A DNA stretch of 45,822 nt. Origin: Candidatus Hermodarchaeum yapensis (GTDB taxonomy: Archaea > Asgardarchaeota > Hermodarchaeia > Hermodarchaeales > Hermodarchaeaceae). The DNA lies in the NCBI GenBank assembly GCA_016840405.1, contig JAEOSK010000022.1, positions 1-45,822 of the forward strand. The letters run 5' to 3'. Below, piece after piece: positions 8,813 to 16,847 of the stretch. The number at the start of each line of letters is the position of its first letter. Within the stretch, counting starts at the first letter, position 1. The notes beneath the pieces were generated by a model, which was given only the letters and a program-made list of their open reading frames with translations, ran no database searches and had not been told where the DNA came from. A program made the translations under genes and the position numbers.

Positions 8813-9490
8813 GTGGACTCTGTGACCGTCAAAGAAAATTCATGGCTACAAGCCTATCAAGACGTGGTTTCGAAGTGGGGAGATGAGCCGGATTGGCGGC
8901 TCATGGAATATGCCCGATTTGTCCCAGAGGGTCCTGTACTAGATTTGGGAATAGGAGACGGTCGGAACGCCCTCTATTTTGCAAAACTCGGTTATCCCGT
9001 AGAGGGAGTAGACGAGTCGAAGACCTACGTCAAGCGATGTCGAGATCGTGCAAAAGCGGAAGGCTTGGACCTAACAGTCAAGGAGGCAGATTTACGCTCT
9101 GTTGAGATTCCACGGAGACGATATGCATTGATTATTGCCTCCAAGTTATTGCAGATGTTCTTGAAATCAGAGAGCACAGCAATTGCAGAGAAAATGTATC
9201 TTGGACTCATGCCGAAGGGACTCATCTATATACGAACCTTTTCTGTAGAACGTATTGCACAATCCGCGGCTCTTCGAGCCTTGGAAGAGGTGGAACCCAA
9301 CACTTTCTATGCCCCACAACGGAAACGCCACTATCATTATTTTACGCGAGATGAAATTCTTTCATTATTTCCAAAAATGAGAGTATTGTATTGTGTTGAA
9401 GGGTTGGAGCTAGATAGGTTCCGGAGTAAGACGTCGAAAAAACCTCAAACTCCGGCAATCATCGAATTCATCGGGCAACGAATCCGTTAG
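8813..9490 (+). CDS. Class I SAM-dependent methyltransferase (TehB-like)
   Basis: VLDLGIGDGRNALYFAKLG...GVD motif I. Confidence 0.88.
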   Translation: MDSVTVKENSWLQAYQDVVSKWGDEPDWRLMEYARFVPEGPVLDLGIGDGRNALYFAKLGYPVEGVDESKTYVKRCRDRAKAEGLDLTVKEADLRSVEIPRRRYALIIASKLLQMFLKSESTAIAEKMYLGLMPKGLIYIRTFSVERIAQSAALRALEEVEPNTFYAPQRKRHYHYFTRDEILSLFPKMRVLYCVEGLELDRFRSKTSKKPQTPAIIEFIGQRIR

Positions 9491-9558
9491 CTTCAATGAA
9501 CTGATTTTGAAGTGTGGAGGCTTTAAGGTTCGTTGCAAATGATGCACTGATAGGTCCT

Positions 9559-10134
9559 ATGGTGAATGAAAGACACCCAATAGCAAAAGTGCTCATAGCT
9601 GGAGCACCAAGCGCTGGAAAAACCAGCCTAGTCCATAGTCTCATTTTTGAAGGGTTTACAGAAGTTGCTCCCACGATTGGCGTGAACTTCGCCCAGAAAG
9701 TCTGTCGTGGGGAAGCAGGTCCTGTCAATCTGAGCATATGGGATCTGAGCGGGCAATCGCGATTTCGATGCCTGATGCCTCGATTTTGCCAAGGAGCAAA
9801 TGGTGTTGTACTTGTAGTTGACCTAACCGACCCCGACTCGCTAGACATTGCTGGTCAGTGGTTAGAGCTCATTTCTTCTTTCAATAACTTACAACAGGAA
9901 TTCGCTGTGGTTTTAGCGGGAAATAAAGGAGATTTACTAGGAGTGCTTACGCAAAAAAGAATTCAGCTGTTTTGTGCACGGCATAATATTATGGAATATA
10001 TTCCGTGTTCAGCGAAAACTGGTGAAAATGTCAGATTAGTATTTGAGTCACTGTGTTCCGCTATGCAACGCAATCATCTCGCGGTTACTGCACCGTCAAG
10101 TAACCTTGCTCAAATTGATCCGTCTATACTTTGA
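9559..10134 (+). CDS. Small Ras-superfamily GTPase, Rab-like
   Basis: G1 GAPSAGKT, G2 PTIGVNF, G3 WDLSGQ, RabF-like RFRCL and FCQGA, G4 NKGD, G5 SAKTG. Confidence 0.92.
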   Translation: MVNERHPIAKVLIAGAPSAGKTSLVHSLIFEGFTEVAPTIGVNFAQKVCRGEAGPVNLSIWDLSGQSRFRCLMPRFCQGANGVVLVVDLTDPDSLDIAGQWLELISSFNNLQQEFAVVLAGNKGDLLGVLTQKRIQLFCARHNIMEYIPCSAKTGENVRLVFESLCSAMQRNHLAVTAPSSNLAQIDPSIL

Positions 10135-10956
10135 TCACAAGGCATAAGATCTGAGGACAAAAGAATGAGAGCTCTCTGAAACCTGTTCTAACAACTCTCT
10201 CGATGGATTACCATAAGGACAAACGTCCATACATCTTGAGCATTCTATGTAGCTATGCACAGTGGGTCGTGCTGTCAGCCGCTGCTCTATTTTTCGAACC
10301 TTCTCTGGCACCTCGGGGTCATCCGGACATTCTAGGGCATAAACAATGCATCGGAAAATATTACATTCATAAGGTGCTAAAGCTTGAGCAGGGCAGGCTT
10401 TCACACATTTCATACAATCTTTGCACAAATCCTCTTGGAAAGGTTCATCACAATCCAGTTCAGCATCCGTCAAAATCGCAATCAGGTTGACCCGGGGGCC
10501 ATGATGTGGTGTAACTAAAAGGGTGCTTTTACCTTGCCATCCCAATCCACATTGCACTGCAATGGGTTTGAGCGGAATCCCTGCTGAGTAGATTGCATTA
10601 TGCCCCTGAGATTCTAGATACTGGATGACCTTCCAAGCCTTGTTTTTCATTACTTCGTAGCTAATAAAATATCCTTCAAATGAATCAAAAGAGGACGAGT
10701 TGCCTGAGTCTATTCCATTCGGTGCTCTAATATTAATGTTGAAAATTTCATCCCAGACATAGAATGCCATTACGATGATGGAGTTGACAGGAGGAAATTC
10801 TTCTTCAGGGGGCTGTAATCTTCGAGCCTGACCAACCCAGCCATGGGGCAGGTTTTCAAGCCTGTCAGGAATAGTAATCCCAACTGCTACAAATCCTGCA
10901 TCAAGAGCTATCTGTTTGACATTTGAAGTTAGAGTACTTGTCACGTTACTCACCAC
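10135..10956 (-). CDS. Epoxyqueuosine reductase (QueG)-like / reductive-dehalogenase-domain Fe-S protein
   Basis: AVQCGLGWQGKSTLLVTPHHGPRV, CKDCMKCVKACP, CSRCMDVCP. Confidence 0.8.
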   Translation of the reverse strand: MVSNVTSTLTSNVKQIALDAGFVAVGITIPDRLENLPHGWVGQARRLQPPEEEFPPVNSIIVMAFYVWDEIFNINIRAPNGIDSGNSSSFDSFEGYFISYEVMKNKAWKVIQYLESQGHNAIYSAGIPLKPIAVQCGLGWQGKSTLLVTPHHGPRVNLIAILTDAELDCDEPFQEDLCKDCMKCVKACPAQALAPYECNIFRCIVYALECPDDPEVPEKVRKIEQRLTARPTVHSYIECSRCMDVCPYGNPSRELLEQVSESSHSFVLRSYAL

Positions 10957-10989
10957 CAGAATCAGATAACATCGTGAAGCATATTCGTT

Positions 10990-11009
10990 CTACCGTCACC
11001 TGACGGTAG
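10990..11009. promoter_or_regulatory. Palindromic operator CTACCGTCA-CC-TGACGGTAG upstream of the QueG-like gene
   Basis: Perfect 9-bp arms; the same CCGTCA-N2-TGACGG core recurs at 11831-11844. Confidence 0.75.
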
Positions 11010-11059
11010 GAAACAGACAATGAAAAAGAAAATCCTGAAAACGTGAGCACTGGAACCGC

Positions 11060-11782
11060 TCACGCAAGGATTGTGGTAACAAGGCGCTGCTTTACGTCGG
11101 TTGGGAGATGAACATACAACTGTAGAAACGGAACTAACGATGAAACTAGCTTACTTTCCGCTTTTTGCAAATGTTCTTGAAATGTGGTCCGCGGAATCCG
11201 TTTCATAGCTGCCAGATTCTTCACATTAGTTTGCCTTGGAAACCGATAATAACCATTAGAATGGGCTGTTATCAACGCTGCTTGTTGTTTCTCAGTAAGG
11301 CTCGAAAATAGTGCATCAGCAGTCAACGTCAAACTGCTAGAAATCATACCATCAAACGGGGCCTTCCGCACAATCTCATATTCATACCCCTTTTCATCAA
11401 ACCGCTGGAACAGCTTATCAATATTTTCATGACGGAAAACGATTACGCGAAAATACTCCCATCCCCCATCAAGAATCACTGGCGACAAATGAAGAATACG
11501 AAATTCATCAATAACCTCCGAAATCGATCCACCGTATTGACATGAACACTGCTTCACAATAAGATGAACGTGTCCATTCTCGTAAGTTTGTTCTTTAATA
11601 CCCGCAAACTTTTCCAGTTCTTCCATCACAAGGTCATAATCCTCTTTTCCAATTGAAGCAACCTCAATAACATCATTTTCCCCATTACACCACAAATAAA
11701 ACTTCATAGTCGGAAATTTCCGAGAAAAGTTACCATAGGGACAATCATGAATCACTTTGAAGACTAATTCGAACAACGGCAT
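11060..11782 (-). CDS. HTH-10 (bacterio-opsin activator-like) transcriptional regulator
   Basis: LTEKQQAALITAHSNGYYRFPRQTNVKNLA...TTFQEHLQKAESKL. Confidence 0.9.
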   Translation of the reverse strand: MPLFELVFKVIHDCPYGNFSRKFPTMKFYLWCNGENDVIEVASIGKEDYDLVMEELEKFAGIKEQTYENGHVHLIVKQCSCQYGGSISEVIDEFRILHLSPVILDGGWEYFRVIVFRHENIDKLFQRFDEKGYEYEIVRKAPFDGMISSSLTLTADALFSSLTEKQQAALITAHSNGYYRFPRQTNVKNLAAMKRIPRTTFQEHLQKAESKLVSSLVPFLQLYVHLPTDVKQRLVTTILA

Positions 11783-11830
11783 ATCGTCAACCCCGTTTCC
11801 ACATCACTCCCCTCCTACATATAAGTACGC

Positions 11831-11844
11831 CCGTCATATGACGG
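11831..11844. promoter_or_regulatory. Palindromic operator CCGTCATATGACGG upstream of the HTH-10 gene
   Basis: Perfect 14-bp palindrome, 6 bp upstream of a minus-strand TTATAT box (11819-11824). Confidence 0.75.
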
Positions 11845-11881
11845 CTCAAAATTCATTCATGACTCAAATAATCTATTGACA

Positions 11882-12358
11882 CTAGGCTCCTAACGGTTTC
11901 GGTGGGCGAACCTCGATTAATTCTAAAATGGTTCCCAATTGATCTTGTGTATCCAAGTAGGCAAATGGCACTGAGAAAATCTGTCCACTCCAAAGAACCG
12001 TGAACCCAGTAACCAACGTTGCGTCAACGGCGGCGTGAAGGTCTGGAACATTTATACCAACATGGTGTAATCCCTCACCACACCGATCAAGAAAATCTGT
12101 ATAGAGCCTTGGAGCTCCCTCAAGAACTTGGATGAATTCCAATTGCAGTTCACCAAGTGTTACCAGAGCAAAGCGAACCCTATAGGATGGAATAGCTTTC
12201 CCATCGAGCCCTTCCCGCGCGTTGGTAACCTCTGATTCGAAAACAACGGCTGGATTCGCACCAAACAAGCTCTGATACTTCTCAGCCGTCTCGGCAGCAT
12301 TTTTCACAACATAACCTAGCTGGTTAATGCCTTCAAAATTGAGATTCATGGTCCCCAT
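11882..12358 (-). CDS. VOC family protein (methylmalonyl-CoA epimerase/glyoxalase-like); start uncertain
   Basis: INQLGYVV, QLEFIQ, GEGLHHVG, FAYLDT...GTILELIE. Confidence 0.85.
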   Translation of the reverse strand: MGTMNLNFEGINQLGYVVKNAAETAEKYQSLFGANPAVVFESEVTNAREGLDGKAIPSYRVRFALVTLGELQLEFIQVLEGAPRLYTDFLDRCGEGLHHVGINVPDLHAAVDATLVTGFTVLWSGQIFSVPFAYLDTQDQLGTILELIEVRPPKPLGA

Positions 12359-12395
12359 CACTACCAATCGTATAGTGATTAGGGTGAAGTTCTAC

Positions 12396-13064
12396 TTATT
12401 TTGTTAGGACTTTTTTGAATTGATCACAGAGATCTGGATTACGAACCAAGACTCCAAGTGTGGCAACGAGGTCTCCGAGGTATTTGATTCCGTAGAGGTC
12501 TTCTTTACTGAATATCTCGGAAATTCCTTCACTTTCAGGAGTTTTACGGTACAACTCCATGAGCATGCCTTCATGTTTTTCGTAATATTGTTCCATTAAT
12601 TTTCGAAAAACATCTACATCAATAGAAACGTCGAACAATTCCTGGGCTAAAATGGTGAGTTTCTTGATAACGAGTTTCCCCTTTTTTTTCGTCCACCATT
12701 TAGGTTTTCCTTCCTCGTCCTCTTGAAGGAACACGTTAGCTGTTCGGCAAAACAATTTCTCAGTTAACCGGCTATCCTTCCGTTTTCGATGGCCGCATTC
12801 TTGGACGAGTCCTACTTTTTCCAGAGTTTCTAGATATCGGTACACGGTTTTAATGGTTTTATCATACTTTTCCTTTTCTGGATTCCAATACAGCGCATGA
12901 ATTTCTTTAACTGAGAGGTTTTTCCCCACCATCGCTCTTATGATATCATGGTGGTCATCAATCGCGGCTGCCTGTTCTTCTGACGTGAAAAGAATGGGTT
13001 CTGGGCGCTCGGTGATAAAATCTTCATAGTCTGTGGGTTTTTTCTTTTTCTTGGGATCGCCCAT
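12396..13064 (-). CDS. Winged-helix (ArsR-like) transcriptional regulator
   Basis: LSVKEIH...KTIKTVYRYLETLEKVGLV...TEKLFCRTA wHTH pattern. Confidence 0.7.
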   Translation of the reverse strand: MGDPKKKKKPTDYEDFITERPEPILFTSEEQAAAIDDHHDIIRAMVGKNLSVKEIHALYWNPEKEKYDKTIKTVYRYLETLEKVGLVQECGHRKRKDSRLTEKLFCRTANVFLQEDEEGKPKWWTKKKGKLVIKKLTILAQELFDVSIDVDVFRKLMEQYYEKHEGMLMELYRKTPESEGISEIFSKEDLYGIKYLGDLVATLGVLVRNPDLCDQFKKVLTK

Positions 13065-13289
13065 AATGCATCAATCCTGTAAGCGATAGATACGGTTTTT
13101 AATCATTCACTATTAAAATCATTGTCACGTACAGTAATATTAATATACCGGTTAGTCATTATAGGGACATTGCGTGACATCAATATGACATTAGGCGTCA
13201 GAACAACTGGCATTTGTGACAACTTTTGTACGAATCTCTCCGCAAATCGAGACAGTCATCTCGAATCAAAACCAAGAGGTGAGGTAACC

Positions 13290-13403
13290 ATGACCCCCGA
13301 ACCAGAGGGTAAGAAACAAACTGAACCTCACACACCCAATAAGGAAGAGGAAGAACGCAAGAACCAAATCTTTAGATCAACTCTTCGTGAGAGAGTGCTC
13401 TAA
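13290..13403 (+). CDS. Putative 37-aa small protein MTPEPEGKKQTEPHTPNKEEEERKNQIFRSTLRERVL
   Basis: Strong GAGGTGAG RBS at 13276-13283; divergent from the wHTH gene; followed by stable hairpins. Confidence 0.5.
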   Translation: MTPEPEGKKQTEPHTPNKEEEERKNQIFRSTLRERVL

Positions 13404-13545
13404 CCAGCACAGCAACAGCGCGGCACAGATCCGAGCTAATCCGCTGACCCTTTTCTCTTGAACGTTTGACGCGCAGGCCACAGCAATTATTTGACACGAA
13501 GCCTGCGAAAAGGTCAATAAAACAGATAACCACTGAACGACTGTA

Positions 13546-13611
13546 AGGGAGTGATAACAGCCTGGTTTCCTTTACCCGGAGGGAAAACAGGCAACCTCAC
13601 TCCTCTTTTAT
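13546..13611 (+). terminator. Long hairpin with T tract
   Basis: GGGAGTGA/TCACTCCT, GCCTG/CAGGC and TTTCCTT/GAGGGAAA stems, followed by TTTTAT. Confidence 0.5.
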
Positions 13612-13823
13612 CCATGAGAAGAATCCCGCCATTAGGCTTGGTGTGATTTGTGGTGTTTAAATCGTCCTGTGCATACTCTCATCTGAGGACCCAGTCGGTA
13701 TCCATCAACCTTGGTTTACCAAGGCTGGGCAACATCGCTGGAACAGCGAGTAGAGCCTGTGGAGCTGCCCCACTAGGGGAGTGATGAAGCAGGAAGTCCA
13801 ACACTAAGGTGTGGGCAGTTCAC
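13612..13823 (+). mobile_element. Non-autonomous IS200/IS605-derived element (no ORF) retaining a TnpB omegaRNA-like right end; left boundary tentative
   Basis: GCCTGTGGAG...ATGAAGCAGGAAG-hairpin-GGGCAGTTCAC is the typical tnpB right end. Guide tetranucleotide GAAG (13793-13796) fits cleavage site TCAC (13820-13823). GGAACAGCGAGTAGAGCCTGTGGA reads GTASRACG, like a TnpB C-terminus. TTTAT (13607-13611) is a possible target motif. Confidence 0.72.
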
Positions 13824-14090
13824 CTTCTCAGTTCAAGTTCAAAGTACTGGTTAGATTGACCTCGGCGTGGATCGTGATGAAGTTTGGAGGGAGGGTAGTT
13901 GCCTTCTCTCCGCGCTCATTTTTTTTGAGGTGTTAGTCCCAAAACGTGTGGACGCTAGAATTCTGAACCATTACGTTCAGAAAGAAGATTTCTTTTCGTT
14001 TATCAGGTCTTTTTCCGAACTTGCCGGATAACGAGAAAATATACATTGGATAATTAATTCGATTTCAGAACCTAGTGAAATGTGAAAACC

Positions 14091-15161
14091 ATGAAACTCA
14101 AAACACTTCTCCTGGTCACGATGATCGCCTTCAGTTGCTTTGGAGTATTCTCCTTACCTACCGCAACGGCTCAAAGCATGAACGATGTGCATGTCTTGTT
14201 CGTTCTCTCTGATGGATTTGGGTGGAGTTACTTCACTGCCCAAGATTACTTTGATAATTGGGGCGTTCAAACAACAAGCGTCACTCGTGGTTCCACATTA
14301 ACTGTTGCTGCTTGCCACAATCGTCCCTATCGTTCAACAACCGCAGATTTCCTGCTCTCAGACTTTGACTTGAACACACTGACCGACTATGACTGCGTTT
14401 TCATCCCGGCGGGTGGAAACTGGCCGAATTTGCGGTCAAGCCAAATGGTTCGCGATCTCATCTCAACAGCTCATGCCAATGGATTAGTAATCGCAACATT
14501 TTGCATTGGAAACACGGTGGTAGCCGGTGCAAACAACATCGTCACCGGAGTGAAAGTTGCCTCCTTTTCCATGTCCAATGACGAAATGGCCGTTGCCAGA
14601 GCCAACATCGTAGAGGCAGTCCGCATTGTTTGTGATAATCGCATCATAACCGGCAGCGAAGGCGGAGGAATCGCTGGTGGCGGATACACCACAGCCCCCA
14701 TCTATGAAGCATGTGCCATGGTTGTCAAAATGATATTACAGCAATCCTTTGTGCAAAGTGTTCAGGTCACTCCCACTACTACCTTCCAAGGCACGGGGTA
14801 TTCCATAGCCGTGGAAACAATCGATCCTGCCAGTAACCTGCCCGGCATTAACTCTACAACAATTTCAACGGTTACCGCTCAAGTCTATTCTCCATCAAAT
14901 CGCATTACACCCATTACCTCTCTCACACTATCAGATTCTGATACAGATGGTATATACACCGGAACTCTAACAGGACTAACCGCTGGCCCATATTTCATTG
15001 ATATCGAAGTCCACGACTCCGATCACGTGCTAGAAGTGATAAGAAACACATCCAGTATCTTTCCAGCCTTACCAATAATAATTGGTGGAGTAATCGCGGT
15101 TGTCGGGATAATTGCTGTCATAGGTGTCCTTTTTTACCGGAAGCAAAAATCAGCTTTTTAA
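14091..15161 (+). CDS. Secreted, membrane-anchored DJ-1/PfpI family protein
   Basis: Signal peptide; YDCVFIPAGG and IATFCIG nucleophile elbow; beta-rich domain with DSDTDGIYTG; C-terminal TM plus RKQK. Confidence 0.8.
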   Translation: MKLKTLLLVTMIAFSCFGVFSLPTATAQSMNDVHVLFVLSDGFGWSYFTAQDYFDNWGVQTTSVTRGSTLTVAACHNRPYRSTTADFLLSDFDLNTLTDYDCVFIPAGGNWPNLRSSQMVRDLISTAHANGLVIATFCIGNTVVAGANNIVTGVKVASFSMSNDEMAVARANIVEAVRIVCDNRIITGSEGGGIAGGGYTTAPIYEACAMVVKMILQQSFVQSVQVTPTTTFQGTGYSIAVETIDPASNLPGINSTTISTVTAQVYSPSNRITPITSLTLSDSDTDGIYTGTLTGLTAGPYFIDIEVHDSDHVLEVIRNTSSIFPALPIIIGGVIAVVGIIAVIGVLFYRKQKSAF

Positions 15162-15295
15162 TGGTCTCCTATCAGGACAGTAACCACTGCTGTCCGTATT
15201 CCCTTTTTTTGGAACTGAACTAATTTTCTCCCAATCTTTCTTATGTGACCAATTCGTCAAGGACACCAGTGATGCTAGTTCTAGGGGCGATTTTC

Positions 15296-15718
15296 ATGTC
15301 TAATAGGCAAACAGAAATTGAAAAAATACGGGAAACAATACGGCACTTCCATTGGGCGCAAGAAAATGGTGACGAAAAAGCCTTTCTTAGCGTATGGCAT
15401 CCAGAGGCAAAGCGCTTTGGCTTTGGACCAAATAACGAATTGTACGTCCTCTCCGCTGAAGATATATTAAGAGACCAGTTTTATGAAATTCAAAAGGCGA
15501 AAGAAGAAAATCCAGAATATTCAGTTAGCTTTTTCATTAAACAGATGAAATTCTTCGATGTGCAACCGGATAATCTCATTGCCTCAGCTTTTGTTGAATG
15601 GCAGATGTTGGTTTTAGGCGAATGCGTGGGATTTCATTACACGTATTATCATTTTGTTAAGACGGAAGGCAATTGGGTAATCGTCAACCTAACGGATCGT
15701 GCAAGAAGTCCCCCTTAA
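15296..15718 (+). CDS. NTF2/SnoaL-like fold protein
   Basis: ENGDEKAFLSVWHPEA...YHFVKTEGNWVIVN pattern. Confidence 0.7.
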   Translation: MSNRQTEIEKIRETIRHFHWAQENGDEKAFLSVWHPEAKRFGFGPNNELYVLSAEDILRDQFYEIQKAKEENPEYSVSFFIKQMKFFDVQPDNLIASAFVEWQMLVLGECVGFHYTYYHFVKTEGNWVIVNLTDRARSPP

Positions 15719-15727
15719 CCGTTCTTT

Positions 15728-16231
15728 TTAACTTTCCAAACAGCGGTTACTCCTGGTTTGCTCAGGAAGTGGAGGAAGCCGGTTTACAACCTGTCGTCCC
15801 TTTTCTGTCAAAACAAAGGTGATAGAACCCTTTTGGGTTCGGCAAATAAAATAATCTAAAACCTCAGTGGCGGTTTGAAATGCTGCAGAAACGTCAGCAA
15901 TCTTGAAGGGCGATAACTGAAGTTGTTCTTCTACAAAGACCTTTGAAATCGCGACTTCTTGGGCATTCCGAGTTTGATGATGAAATGCAATGCAGCAAAG
16001 AATCTCAGCTGCATCCCGCGGTCGCTTTACAAGGAGAAATTCATTCAATGTAAGCGGACGTGCAAGCGTCGGCATAGCTGGACGCATCCCATTAATATTA
16101 CAAGCTAAACGCCGTAATCGGGTGAGACAATAACCATGGGCAGTGAACTCCTTATCTTCGTGACGAATTGTCCGCAACTCTTGCTCACGCTCAATCGGTC
16201 TTAAACAAATTGCGCAAAAAATTGATTCCAC
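15728..16231 (-). CDS. Hypothetical protein: N-terminal CxxC-x22-HxxC zinc finger plus probable winged helix
   Basis: CAIC...HGYC; C-terminal FVLTEKGRQVV wing motif. Confidence 0.6.
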   Translation of the reverse strand: MESIFCAICLRPIEREQELRTIRHEDKEFTAHGYCLTRLRRLACNINGMRPAMPTLARPLTLNEFLLVKRPRDAAEILCCIAFHHQTRNAQEVAISKVFVEEQLQLSPFKIADVSAAFQTATEVLDYFICRTQKGSITFVLTEKGRQVVNRLPPLPEQTRSNRCLES

Positions 16232-16296
16232 ACGCGACGTTTCGTCTTTCCCCCTAATACCCAGTTAAGAAAGGGGAAAAGTAGAGGAGCGGCTAG

Positions 16297-16566
16297 CTAC
16301 TTCTTCTCTTCCTCTTCTTCTTCTTCGAGGCTATTTTCTTCCCAGATACGACCAAGAATAAGCAATCCAAGGACTAATTCGGAGCCCTTGAGTTTCTTCA
16401 CCATGAATTCGACGCTTTCAGAAACCGTATCTTCATAGTTCCACGCTTCTCTTGCTGTGTTTACAATTTCATCGAATTGGTCTTCTTGAAGACCAAAAGC
16501 TCCAGTGAGAGTCTTGCTTTCGTGATCTGAAACAGTTAATTTTCCTAGTTCGTAGGTATCGGCCAA
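16297..16566 (-). CDS. Small acidic hypothetical protein
   Basis: AGGTGA RBS before a TTG start; poly-Glu tail. Confidence 0.7.
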   Translation of the reverse strand: MADTYELGKLTVSDHESKTLTGAFGLQEDQFDEIVNTAREAWNYEDTVSESVEFMVKKLKGSELVLGLLILGRIWEENSLEEEEEEEKK

Positions 16567-16847
16567 GCTAGTTCACCTATTCCATCGTCTTTGAATACTG
16601 TCTTATTAAGATGATGCTCTTGCACCTGTGACCATTTTCTTCGTAAAGATAAACGGGAGATAGGCACAAACCTCTCCTGAGAAACATGGCATAAAAACTC
16701 GTAGATTATGTAAGTTGGGAAAACCTTTGAGGGCAGGATTTCCTTATTGTAGTGAAGTTTTTCGATAGCAACTTTTCTCTATGAAAAGAGTATATCTATT
16801 GGTAATCGTTTCAATCACAAATTGCAGAAGCCCTGAGCTGTCTTATA

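Noticed and set aside
13886-13926. Hairpin GGAGGGAGGGTAGTTGCCTTCTCTCC plus T tract as a separate ncRNA
   Set aside because: Explained as a simple terminator-like structure, possibly ending transcripts from the upstream element.
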